Shown one piece after another: positions 49,429-59,188 of a DNA stretch of 63,562 bases. The notes under the pieces are model-generated. The model made no database searches, was not told the DNA's origin, and saw only the letters and a list, made by a program, of their open reading frames with translations. Each line of letters opens with the position of its first letter. Position 1 is the stretch's first letter. Source of the stretch: Nitrososphaerota archaeon. GTDB lineage: Archaea > Thermoproteota > EX4484-205 > JAAOZP01. The stretch is from assembly GCA_011605725.1 (NCBI GenBank), contig JAAOZP010000016.1, forward strand, positions 1 through 63,562. The letters are read 5' to 3'. A program made the translations under genes and the position numbers.

Positions 49429-50258
49429 TGGACAATTACAGGATTAGGAAAATTAAAGACCGGCTTATGCGTATCCTTCTCTGGTCATCCCTAATAATTG
49501 CTATGATACCGTTGTTCAGCATACTTTTAGACGTTTTCATAAATGGGGCGAGAGCTATAAACATAGATTTCTTCCTTCTTCCAACACCTACTGTCGGGGA
49601 AAAGGGAGGAATTGCCAATGCGATTCAGGGAACCCTTATTACACTAGGGTTAGCATCGATAATCGGTGTTCCAATAGGCATAATGTCAGGCATATTCCTA
49701 AGCGAGTACCATGATTCAAAACTCTCACAACCAGTCAGATTTATTAACGATGTTCTAAGCGGGTTTCCCTCAATAGTAGTCGGAATTTTTGGATACGTGC
49801 TGATAGCCTCCGTAATAGGCTTCTCAGTAATTGCGGCAGCCTTCTCCCTAGCCATAATAATGATCCCCATAGTTACTAGAACAACCGAAGAATCTTTGAG
49901 GATGGTGCCTGTGGCTATCAGGGAAGCAGCGCTTGCCCTTGGAATCAGAAGGTGGAAAACAATCATCTTCATCGTCCTAAAAGGCGGGAGGAAAGGGATA
50001 GTTACAGGAGTGTTGTTAGCTCTTGCTAGAATAGCTGGAGAATCTGCACCAGTTTTAGTCACGATGGGTTATTGGCGATGGTGGTTCTCAGGGTTAAATA
50101 GACCGGCTTCAAATCTTGCCTTAAACATATACCTCTTCGCAATATCCCCATTTGAAAACTGGAGAACTCTCGCATGGGGCTCTGCGCTTTTCCTAATATT
50201 GATGATATTGGGGATAAGCATACTTATAAGGGTGCTTACGAGGGGGAAGTATGAGTGA
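49425..50258 (+). CDS. pstA: phosphate ABC transporter permease
   Basis: [25 protein letters not shown]. Confidence 0.93.
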   Translation: MMDNYRIRKIKDRLMRILLWSSLIIAMIPLFSILLDVFINGARAINIDFFLLPTPTVGEKGGIANAIQGTLITLGLASIIGVPIGIMSGIFLSEYHDSKLSQPVRFINDVLSGFPSIVVGIFGYVLIASVIGFSVIAAAFSLAIIMIPIVTRTTEESLRMVPVAIREAALALGIRRWKTIIFIVLKGGRKGIVTGVLLALARIAGESAPVLVTMGYWRWWFSGLNRPASNLALNIYLFAISPFENWRTLAWGSALFLILMILGISILIRVLTRGKYE

Positions 50259-51043
50259 TGAATCGGCAAAAACTTGAAGCAGAATTGTCGTACAAGTTTG
50301 AGATTGAAAACCTGAATGCTTGGTTCGGCTCTAAACAAGTGTTGAAGAATATCAACATGAAGATTAAGGAAAAAGCTATTACAGCAATAATAGGCCCATC
50401 AGGCTGTGGGAAAACTACTTTAATCAGGTGTTTAAACAGAATGCATGAGACTGTTCCTGATGCAAAGGTTACCGGGAGGGTTTTGTTTAACGGAGTCGAT
50501 GTATACGGTAGGGATATAGATCCTGTTCAGATAAGGCGTAAGATAGGTATGATTTTTCAAAAACCCAATCCTTTTCCAATGATGTCAATATATGATAATG
50601 TTGCAATAGGTTTGAAGTTGAACGGTGTTAAGGATAAGAGGAAGGTAGATTCAATTGTTGAAAAAAGCCTGAGAATGGTTGGGCTCTGGGACGAGGTAAA
50701 AGATGAGCTGAACAAATCTGGAGCCAGCCTATCAGGAGGGCAACAGCAGAGACTATGCATAGCTAGAGCGCTAGCGGTTGAGCCTGAAGTGCTTCTCATG
50801 GACGAGCCCACATCTGCATTAGACCCAATATCATCCGCAAAAATAGAGCTTCTTATTAGAGAATTGGCCGAGGACTATACGATAATCATAGTTACTCACA
50901 ATATGCAGCAGGCTGCACGAGTTTCTGACTACACGGCTTTCCTATATCTTGGAGAATTGATAGAGTATGGTCCTACTAGGCAGATTTTTGAGAACCCCAA
51001 GAACGAGTTGACTGAAAAGTACCTCACAGGAGGATTTGGCTAG
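50255..51043 (+). CDS. pstB: phosphate ABC transporter ATPase
   Basis: [32 protein letters not shown]. Confidence 0.95.
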   Translation: MMNRQKLEAELSYKFEIENLNAWFGSKQVLKNINMKIKEKAITAIIGPSGCGKTTLIRCLNRMHETVPDAKVTGRVLFNGVDVYGRDIDPVQIRRKIGMIFQKPNPFPMMSIYDNVAIGLKLNGVKDKRKVDSIVEKSLRMVGLWDEVKDELNKSGASLSGGQQQRLCIARALAVEPEVLLMDEPTSALDPISSAKIELLIRELAEDYTIIIVTHNMQQAARVSDYTAFLYLGELIEYGPTRQIFENPKNELTEKYLTGGFG

Positions 51044-51697
51044 GTGGTGAAAATGACAAGATTAATAGATGCAGGTTTAGAGCAGGTTAAGAATATACTT
51101 CTCCGAATGGGGAACATTGCCCATGAGGCAATCTCCATTTCTCTTAAAGGATATATCGAGGGGCTTAGCACTTATTCAGAAGTTCAGAAAATTTCAGATA
51201 TTTTAATCATAACCGAGGAAGAGGCAAATGATAAAATATTCGAGCTAATTGCAAGATTCCAGCCAGTTGCATCAGACTTAAGGTTATTAAAATCATGCAT
51301 GAAGATATCCTATAGCCTGGCTAGGTACGGGAGATATGCCCTAGATATATCGCAGATATATGAGAAAATTGACGGGTTAGCATTGTGTGAAGATTGGATT
51401 AGAAATCACATAATAGAGATGAGTGAAAAAGTCCTGAAAATGATCCAAATAAGCGTTGAATTGCTTAATAACCGTGACATCAATGAGGCCAGAAACCTCT
51501 CTGAAATAGAAAAACAGGTCGATGAAATGTACTTCAAATATTTAGACAACTTGATGGATAAACCGTCAACCGTAAACAAATGCATAATCTCCAGCGTACT
51601 AGTTGTGAGATACCTTGAAAGAATAGCTGACCACGCAACCTATATAGGCGAATCGATATTTTATATTGTTACTGGAGAAAAGATTATACTCAGATGA
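51044..51697 (+). CDS. phoU: phosphate transport regulator PhoU
   Basis: QPVASDLR, LERIADHA. Confidence 0.9.
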   Translation: MVKMTRLIDAGLEQVKNILLRMGNIAHEAISISLKGYIEGLSTYSEVQKISDILIITEEEANDKIFELIARFQPVASDLRLLKSCMKISYSLARYGRYALDISQIYEKIDGLALCEDWIRNHIIEMSEKVLKMIQISVELLNNRDINEARNLSEIEKQVDEMYFKYLDNLMDKPSTVNKCIISSVLVVRYLERIADHATYIGESIFYIVTGEKIILR

Positions 51698-51835
51698 TCC
51701 TTTAATAACCTAATTAGCGGGCCTCCTGTTTTGAGGATTAATAATTAATCTATGTAATTTTCGAATCATTTTTTATCAAGTTATTTTACATTCATAGATA
51801 AGCTTATAACTAACTGTAAGTATTTCACGAGAGGG

Positions 51836-52066
51836 TTGGCAAAGATCTGCGATGCTGTTACTGCACCTCTTAGGAGTCTTGACAAACGGTTTAAGGTTGT
51901 TCTTACTGTCATCGGCATGTATAGCAGGGCAAATAGCCTTACGCTAAACTGTAACCAGCTTTATGCTGTTACCTTAGAGGCTAACCCCGTTAGCTGGGCT
52001 CAATGGTTTAGGCAGCGTGATTTCCTCAGCAGTCTCTGTTCTTGCAGGGCGGTTAATCGATAAGTA
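51836..52066 (+). pseudogene. probable 5' remnant of an MFS transporter
   Basis: RFKVVL..NQLYAVTLEANPV then frameshift; resembles an MFS N-terminus. Confidence 0.4.
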
Positions 52067-52069
52067 CAC

Positions 52070-52510
52070 CTATTTAAACTCAGATATAACCTGAAGTTCC
52101 AACAGGAGTTTGAATACGGTGCTCAAGGCGTATCTGGCGTCGGATAATGCTTTTTCAGCATCGTTCCTGTCGAAGATGTCGCTCGGAGCCTTGTTTAGGG
52201 ACTCGATGCCGTAGAGGCTCGGAGCCCTCTTATCCGCAAGGTCCCTAGAAACCTCGCTCAGCCTTTCAACCTCTCCTCTAAACCATTCTGGAAACCTCTC
52301 TTTAACCGCCCTTAGAATCCTCCCCATGTCATGCTCCTTAGGGTATTCCACGCCCACGGCTCTTAACGCAGCCTTAAGGGAGAGTTCGACGCATTCCTGA
52401 CTGTACCTGACTACATCAGGATAGGATTCTTCAGAAAAGGCGAGTTCCGCGCTTTTAATCCTGATCCTCGCTCTCTTGAAATAGTCTTCAGCCAGTTTCG
52501 CCAGCCTCAT
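52070..52510 (-). CDS. HEPN domain protein (toxin of HEPN-MNT pair)
   Basis: SQECVELSLKA, PKEHD, RAPSLYG. Confidence 0.88.
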   Translation of the reverse strand: MRLAKLAEDYFKRARIRIKSAELAFSEESYPDVVRYSQECVELSLKAALRAVGVEYPKEHDMGRILRAVKERFPEWFRGEVERLSEVSRDLADKRAPSLYGIESLNKAPSDIFDRNDAEKALSDARYALSTVFKLLLELQVISEFK

Positions 52511-53250
52511 AGTTCCAGCCTCTCAGCTGCTTCAGCTTCAGGTGTTAGAATCCAATACCAGCTGCCATCCGGCTCCTCGAATCTTTTTGCACCTATTTTT
52601 TCAAGCCTATCTCTAACCTCTGAAATCTTCCTAGTCATCAAACCGTTTCTATCATATATGATTACGCAATCCCTGGTGAGGTCCAGGTAAAACGGGTGAG
52701 TCGCGCCGGCCTCCTTAACGTCTGTCAGCAGTATGTCGAGATCCGAGTACACGCCTCTATTCTTCCAATTGTGAAGTATGATTTCATCCATCAGCCTGGA
52801 GGACACGACTTCTCGAATGATGCTTGTCCTCTCGCTATACTTTTCAGGCAGGTCTCTCGCCACAACCAGCAGGTCGATATCACTCTCAGGCTTAACCCTT
52901 CCAGCGGGCAAGGAGCCGAATAAAACTATTGATTCCAGCCTTGACCCCAGGGCTTCGAAAAGCTTGGCGACAGCCAGCTCCAATACTGGTAGTCTCTCTC
53001 TGTCCCTCACCTTATTCCTCCAGGCTAATCCTGAGGACTCCATCAGAGCTATCAAAGGATGCACGATTCTATACGTGCCTCTTTCAACCTTGTCAACCCA
53101 ACCGTAAGAGTACATTTTATGCAGGAATAACGGTGCTTTCTCAGAGTGTAAAACCGTTCTTGCATCTCCCGTCGTGAAAGGCAGGAGGCTGAAGTGTGAG
53201 AGGAGAGTGAAATATTTGGATGCTAGCCAACTGGGTATGGTTTTCGGCAT
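52507..53250 (-). CDS. minimal nucleotidyltransferase (MNT) antitoxin with N-terminal wHTH
   Basis: LFGS..SDIDLLVV, C-terminal WYWIL; N-terminal GWVDKVERGTY. Confidence 0.85.
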   Translation of the reverse strand: MPKTIPSWLASKYFTLLSHFSLLPFTTGDARTVLHSEKAPLFLHKMYSYGWVDKVERGTYRIVHPLIALMESSGLAWRNKVRDRERLPVLELAVAKLFEALGSRLESIVLFGSLPAGRVKPESDIDLLVVARDLPEKYSERTSIIREVVSSRLMDEIILHNWKNRGVYSDLDILLTDVKEAGATHPFYLDLTRDCVIIYDRNGLMTRKISEVRDRLEKIGAKRFEEPDGSWYWILTPEAEAAERLEL

Positions 53251-53613
53251 GAATTAACCGTGCTGGAAAACACTTATTAAGCTTTACCTTATAGTTAATT
53301 TTTACCTAATAAGTAATGTTTTCCCAAGCATTCGTGCAAGGCACGCTTCATATCTTAAAACGCCTTTCCATGCCGTTATTCTCGAGCCCATCTGAAGCCG
53401 GCAGGCGCGAGCCGGCTCAGCATTTTGAAACAGTTTATTAGGAGTAAGCAGGGTGTTTACAATAGTGACGGTGGAGAAAAACGGCTGAAAGTTCCTCAGG
53501 AGGACCATGCTGCGCGTGCTCCCGAGGCGTATGCTAATCCGGTTTGTACAACATCATTGGAAGTAGCATTGTCTTGGGAAGCCGGCAGCGTCAATAACCT
53601 GCTCTAAAGAAGC

Positions 53614-53929
53614 GGGCGGCAGCCCCATGAGGGTCGAGCGCTTCTGACGCAACCAGCATGCAGCAGGTTTCTCCTCCAGCCGTCTCTTACCAACGCAGGT
53701 AGCTTGCCTTACCGCTGCTCCCTCCCGGGCCTAGCGGGTTCGGCAATTAGGCAGACGCACCCGCCCTACAGCGGGCGAGCCTGCTACTCCTGCCCAGTAA
53801 GGATGGCTTTCACAGACCTGCTGCAGCCGGATGCGTGTAGGCAGCCCTGTCCTCACGGTTATCGGCTCCCCGCGTATCGCCAGTTTCGGGAATAGGGAAT
53901 GGCGAGCTCCCCGAGCCTACCTGCCGCCC
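53614..53929 (-). ncRNA. archaeal SRP (7S) RNA
   Basis: Terminal helix GGGCGGCAG/CTGCCGCCC; helix 8 CCGCTAGGCCCGGGAGGGAGCAGCGG; about 316 nt. Confidence 0.9.
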
Positions 53930-54050
53930 AGAGAAGGATCGCGGAGGCTTCATAAATATGTTTCCATCGGTGTTAGCGTCCTTTCTAACGGTAAGCTTGT
54001 GGTCTAGATGAATACTTTAATAAGCATGTTTCCACTCTTGCTCAAGAGCG

Positions 54051-55103
54051 ATGAAAAAGGAGTCTAAGGCTCGTAAGAACATAGTTAGTCTGGCTCTTGA
54101 AATACTTAAGCAGGTGGAGAATAGGCAGCCTCCCTCGCTGGAGCTTCCTCTCAGGACTGTTGACAACATTATTTTCGACGAGAAGAAGGGGCATTACGTG
54201 CTGGGGCCTAAGAAGATGGTTCGCACTTCGCGTAACGTGAAACACTTGAAGCCTTTAACCCAGCTAATATGGGTTGCAAGCCTAGCTAGGAAGCTTATCG
54301 ACGAGGATAAGACAAGTACGCTGAGGGATGTTTTCTACATGGCTGAAGGTGTGGATCTTGGTTTTGAGGATCAGAGCGAGTCGGACAGGGTAATAACTGA
54401 GCTTGAATCCGTAGTTGGCTCACCCAGGGAGGATTTCAACATTTATCCTGAGGAGAGGAGCGCCATATTTGCAGACTTAACCGTCGAGTATACTGTGAAA
54501 GGCTATGAGGGGAAGAGGATCAATCTGACTTCGCACCCCGACGGGTTGATGATAGGCCCGGCGCTAGCCACAGCCAGGTTTGTGAAAACCCCGGCTGACA
54601 AGGTTCTCTGCATTGAGAAGGGTGCCATGTTCACAAGGTTCGTTGAGGAGAAGGCTTGGAAAAAGTATAACGCTATCCTGATCCATACTGCCGGCCAGGC
54701 TCCTCGAGCTACACGACGCCTCATAAGAAGGCTTAACGTGGAGCTGGACCTACCTGTATACATATTTACCGACGCAGATCCCTGGGGGCTGCATATTGCG
54801 CAAGTCATAATCTCAGGCTCAGCCAATGCTGCGCACGTTCCAGAACTAGCTACTCCGAGGGCAAAGTGGATGGGTGTCTATGCTTCAGACATTGAGGAGT
54901 ATAGGCTTCCAAGCACCAAGCTTCTAGACGTGGACATTAAAAGGCTGAACGAGCTTAAGAAGGATAAGAGGTATGCTAAGGACCCGTGGAAGAGGGAGAT
55001 AGACGTGTTTTTCGAGATAAAAAAGAAGGCGGAGCAGGAGGCGTTCAGCAAATACGGCTTGTCCTACATGGTTGACGTTTATCTTAAGAAGAGGCTGGCG
55101 TAG
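54051..55103 (+). CDS. top6A: DNA topoisomerase VI subunit A
   Basis: STLRDVFY, CIEK, FTDADPWG, KKKAEQEA. Confidence 0.93.
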   Translation: MKKESKARKNIVSLALEILKQVENRQPPSLELPLRTVDNIIFDEKKGHYVLGPKKMVRTSRNVKHLKPLTQLIWVASLARKLIDEDKTSTLRDVFYMAEGVDLGFEDQSESDRVITELESVVGSPREDFNIYPEERSAIFADLTVEYTVKGYEGKRINLTSHPDGLMIGPALATARFVKTPADKVLCIEKGAMFTRFVEEKAWKKYNAILIHTAGQAPRATRRLIRRLNVELDLPVYIFTDADPWGLHIAQVIISGSANAAHVPELATPRAKWMGVYASDIEEYRLPSTKLLDVDIKRLNELKKDKRYAKDPWKREIDVFFEIKKKAEQEAFSKYGLSYMVDVYLKKRLA

Positions 55104-55201
55104 AGGAAAACTGATCTAGCTTAGCCGCGAAAAGAAGGTCTGAAAAACAAGAAGGGCTTTAAGGAAAGATTTATCTTAGGGATTTCGAGCTTAAAGATGG
55201 T

Positions 55202-55387
55202 TTGAAAGCAAACATCGTTGCGGCAAAACTATTCGCGACCCTTCTCGTCTGCTGCGGAGCCATACTGCTATACTACACCGTGAACACAGGGGAAGCCTTA
55301 GGCATAACATTCCCGTTCTTCCTTTTCACCGGCGCGACGATAACGATTCTAGGCTTAGTCGGCCTATTATTCAGGCTTAGAGAGTAG
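55202..55387 (+). CDS. small two-TM membrane protein
   Basis: Two hydrophobic helices; TATA-like TTTATC upstream. Confidence 0.55.
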   Translation: MKANIVAAKLFATLLVCCGAILLYYTVNTGEALGITFPFFLFTGATITILGLVGLLFRLRE

Positions 55388-55491
55388 AAAAATAGTAGTT
55401 GCGACGCGCGCGCTCTTTTTTAATGTAGTGCACACTAGAATAGGAAAGACTAGCAGCTTCATATTGAAGTATCAAAATATTTAATAAACAG

Positions 55492-55578
55492 CGCCCTGGC
55501 CGGGATTTGAACCCGGGTCGGGAGGGTGACAGCCTCCAATGCTAACCTTTGTGCTCCTCCGATCTACACCACCAGGGC
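55492..55578 (-). tRNA. tRNA-Asp(GTC) with 15-nt intron at 15/16 (55549-55563)
   Basis: GCCCTGG/CCAGGGC-G, GGAGG CT GTC AC CCTCC; GTGT pairs intron GCAC. Confidence 0.9.
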
Positions 55579-55663
55579 CTTCTTGCGTCCTTTGACCCAC
55601 AGGCGTGCCTGGGTAAAATAAATCTTTCGCTTAAACTCGTGACACTTGAAAACACTGGTTGCT

Positions 55664-56317
55664 TTATGGTTTCACGGGCTTCATGCTGGCGCAGATTTCT
55701 ATGATCTCTTCCTCTGTCAGGACGGGTGCGAACCCGAAGAGATAGTTTAAGGAGCCGATCTTAATGACTACACAGTATGAGTATTCTGTACCGTATTTCA
55801 AACGGTATTCTTCATGACCGACTGGCATTTTGCTGAGATGAATGCCGTCCACTCGCCCACCTTGTCGAACCTGTCGGTTGTTTGTGCTGTTGCGCACAGA
55901 GAAGGGTATTTCTGGCATGGGTGTTATTTCTATACCGATTTCCGCGGTTGCAATGGCGGTGTCTCCGGTGTTGCTGTAAAGCACTATTATGGGGAAGCTA
56001 ACCTGCCCGTCGAGAACCTCAGCCCATATGGCTGTGAGCTCCATCCCCTTCACCATTTTCGTGGGAAGATAGAGGGTAAGCCCTCTCTTTGCCAACTGGT
56101 TAACCACAGTATCCAGAGTGACGATCTCGCCGGGAAATGGTGCAATGCCACGTTTCGAAGCATTCTGCACAGTAGAGTCTGGGGCTGGGCCCGGGAGCTG
56201 CTTTGACACAACGTAGTTCCCTACGATTATGCTCATAGTCATGGCTGCTAAAAGCACCGTGAGGGGCATATTTTCAATTCGAGCCATCAGCCACCACCCC
56301 AAGCGCGCGCTCTCCAC
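55664..56317 (-). CDS. membrane-anchored hypothetical protein (DUF4367-like ends)
   Basis: N-terminal TM, LYLPT..G, LTEEEIIEICASM. Confidence 0.55.
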   Translation of the reverse strand: MESARLGWWLMARIENMPLTVLLAAMTMSIIVGNYVVSKQLPGPAPDSTVQNASKRGIAPFPGEIVTLDTVVNQLAKRGLTLYLPTKMVKGMELTAIWAEVLDGQVSFPIIVLYSNTGDTAIATAEIGIEITPMPEIPFSVRNSTNNRQVRQGGRVDGIHLSKMPVGHEEYRLKYGTEYSYCVVIKIGSLNYLFGFAPVLTEEEIIEICASMKPVKP

Positions 56318-56731
56318 TGATTAGATCACTATTGCTTCCTTTTATATTTTTCTTTAACAATAATCAAACATCCTGAAGGTGTAAATTAAATAAATATGCA
56401 TAATTCTTGGGTTTAGCTGCGCATTCCTTTGGCATGCTTAAAAGCTATGGATCCTGAAGGAGTTTTGAACCAGTGTGTCTTCAGGCTTGTTTTTGGAAGT
56501 TTTTCATATGGTGGTACATTGCCGCTAGGGCTTCTACAGGCAACATGTTTTTCACGGCCGGATGGAAAACAAGCTCTTGTAAAGATTTTTTCACGTTGCG
56601 TCGACGTTTAACAATTCGAAGCGACGTAGTGTGTCTTGGCAAATAAGTAGAACCCATGTTCAAAGTTGCTGATTAGTATCACAGTTTCTCTTTTTTCCAA
56701 CGATGGAGAGCTATGTTTATTAAGCCAAGCC

Positions 56732-58018
56732 CTATTTGAGTATGCCAACTACTCCGCCGAAGCCCTTTTGGAGCATCATCCCCTCTTCCGTCGCCGTAGA
56801 TATTAGCTCGAGCTGAACGTTTTTCTGAGAAGCGATTTCGATGAAACGGTCAAGCAGGCTTTCTTTCTCGGCGACATACAGGCTTGTTGAACCGCATTTT
56901 GGACATGGTGTTGAAGATACTTTCGCCGGAAGAGCGATCAGCTCTTGGAACGGATGTTGCTCAACAGCCGCGTAGTCGCATTTTCCGCATTTAATCTTGA
57001 CCCTGAATATGTCGAGAGCTTCTGAGAAAAGTATGAGCTTGACCTTTCCGCTTTGAACCGCGTTCTCAACTTCTTTAAGCCCGTAGACAACCTTGTCCGG
57101 CTCAGTGCTCACGAGCTTAAGGAAGCTGCCCACCAGGTTCCTCTCCTTTATTAGGTCGAGCTCCTGAAGCTTTTCAGACGCTTTCCCCAGTATCTCCTTT
57201 ATGCCCTGGTGACCCGTGTATGAAGTGTCCACCACTGCCAGTATCTTTCTCCTAAGCTCGTAGTGAATGAAATCTTTTTCGAGGAACATTTCCTTCGTTG
57301 GCCCAGGTCCACCAACTATCAATCCTTTAACATCAGTGTTCTGAAGGTAAATCTCGTTCAGACGCTCGGCGACACGCCTGTAGAAATCGTTAAGCTCCAT
57401 CTCCCTGAGTCTTTCAAATCTTCTGGCTGACTGGCCTCCCTTGCTAGTCTTACCAGGGACGCCGGAGGTCAACTCGTCTTTCACGTCGATATTTCTACCA
57501 GATGCGAGGGCAATCGTCGCCTCAGAATTATCAATAGACAGAATTAAATACTTATCCTTCTTCTCAAGCATCTCTTTAAGAGGTTCAACGTAAAACTTGT
57601 CGTCGCAGCCATAGTATGAGAGGGTTATTTTTTCAGGAGGCTCTATTACGTGGATCTCAATATTTTCTGAACCAGGGGTCTCCCCCGGAATGGCTCCGCA
57701 GAATATGACTAGCCCGTTTTCAGGAGCCTCGTCATAAAGCTTAAGCCTCTGCTGAACCTTGACAATAGCGTCCTGAACATTTTTCCTCGTCGTTCTAGAC
57801 TTAATGTTTGACGCTTTCCCATACTCCTCCCTCAGGTTCGTCATCACCTCGCTTATCCTTCTCCCCGGAGGAATGTAGAGGCTGATCAGCTCAGTTCCAC
57901 GCCCCCTTTTTTCAGAGAGCTCTCTAAGAGTCCTTCTCGAAATATACTCCTTCACCGATGTTGCAAGCGTTTTTTCACTCAAAACAGGGTTCTCCGGGGA
58001 GACCTCGCTAAACCCCAT
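56732..58018 (-). CDS. prf1: peptide chain release factor aRF1 with Zn-ribbon insertion
   Basis: GTELISLYIP, NIKS, GGQSARRF, CxxC..CxxC. Confidence 0.96.
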   Translation of the reverse strand: MGFSEVSPENPVLSEKTLATSVKEYISRRTLRELSEKRGRGTELISLYIPPGRRISEVMTNLREEYGKASNIKSRTTRKNVQDAIVKVQQRLKLYDEAPENGLVIFCGAIPGETPGSENIEIHVIEPPEKITLSYYGCDDKFYVEPLKEMLEKKDKYLILSIDNSEATIALASGRNIDVKDELTSGVPGKTSKGGQSARRFERLREMELNDFYRRVAERLNEIYLQNTDVKGLIVGGPGPTKEMFLEKDFIHYELRRKILAVVDTSYTGHQGIKEILGKASEKLQELDLIKERNLVGSFLKLVSTEPDKVVYGLKEVENAVQSGKVKLILFSEALDIFRVKIKCGKCDYAAVEQHPFQELIALPAKVSSTPCPKCGSTSLYVAEKESLLDRFIEIASQKNVQLELISTATEEGMMLQKGFGGVVGILK

Positions 58019-58054
58019 ATATTAATATTTCACTTCCTAGGGGGTAAGAGGTAA

Positions 58055-58747
58055 ATGAAGATAGTGTTGAAAATAGGGCACGCCCTCTTCAAGGGGCATT
58101 CGATAGACTTGGAGAGGATTCGGGGAACTGTTGACGCGGTTCTAAGGCTGTATAACGCGGGGCATAAGGTGGTTGTTGTAGTCGGCGGCGGTGAGCCCAG
58201 TAGGACCTACATAAAGGCGGCCAGAAGCCTTGGGGCGGACCATGCTACTTGCGACGAGATGGGGATAATGGTCACCCGGCTGAACGCCCTCCTGCTCTCC
58301 ATAGCTTTTGGAGAGGCTGCGAGCAGAAGTATTATAGGCAGTTTTGAAGATCTTGAGAAACAGCTGGATGCAGCTGGGAGTAAAATAATTGTCGGAGGAG
58401 GGTTTACTCCCGCTCAGTCTACAGACGCTGTTGCAGCACTCATAGCTGAAAGAATGAAAGCCGATCTCCTGATAAAGACTACTGATGTCGACGGTGTTTA
58501 CAGCTCCGATCCAGATAAAAACCCGGATGCGAAACTGCTTAGAGAAGTAAGCATTAGAAGACTCAGGAAAATACTTAGCAAGGGGGAATCGAAACCAGGG
58601 GAATACCGGCTTCTAGACCAGGTTTCCCTCTCGATACTTGAGAGGTCAAGAATACCGGTTGTAATCGTAAACGGCTCAGACCCTGAAAACATCGTTAGAG
58701 CAGCCTCAGGGGAGAAAGTAGGCACGAGAATAACCTATTCTGGGTAA
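58055..58747 (+). CDS. pyrH: uridylate kinase
   Basis: VVGGG, DEMGI..TRLNA, STDAVAA, DVDGVYSSDP. Confidence 0.93.
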   Translation: MKIVLKIGHALFKGHSIDLERIRGTVDAVLRLYNAGHKVVVVVGGGEPSRTYIKAARSLGADHATCDEMGIMVTRLNALLLSIAFGEAASRSIIGSFEDLEKQLDAAGSKIIVGGGFTPAQSTDAVAALIAERMKADLLIKTTDVDGVYSSDPDKNPDAKLLREVSIRRLRKILSKGESKPGEYRLLDQVSLSILERSRIPVVIVNGSDPENIVRAASGEKVGTRITYSG

Positions 58748-58784
58748 ACGCTGCTAGCCAAAGCGCACGCTAACTCCGCTGCTC

Positions 58785-59030
58785 GCATTCCTCTTGCCAA
58801 CTACTCTCGCTGAGCTGGGAATAAGACCTAGCTGGCTATTGTAAGCCTGTCATCCTGCTTTAATACTCTTACAGTCTTCACTTGCGCGATGCTCGCTTTC
58901 ATCCTTGTTTTCTGCAATAGGCGTTTCTATAATGCTTCAAGCATGATAGTGCCACCACAAGCGGTAAGCCTTGTATCTGTAGTCTTATTCTTAGTCTTCG
59001 GCATCTATATGATTCTAACAAGGGGAAAAG
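58785..59030 (+). pseudogene. degraded UPF0016/GDT1-family membrane protein
   Basis: LAELG-(fs)-KT*LAIVSLS matches the ELGDKTQL motif; later LFLVFGIYMIL. Confidence 0.55.
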
Positions 59031-59188
59031 AGGGGTGTTTAGAGAAAACGATTCTGTAGCACGAGAGAGATGCATTTTTCATTCAAGAAGATTGAACAGC
59101 AGTTGCATCATCATCAAGCTGAATTAATAAATCTTGGAAGACAAGGCCAATGACAAGAGTTATGAAATAAAGCGGGAAGATGCTACTT

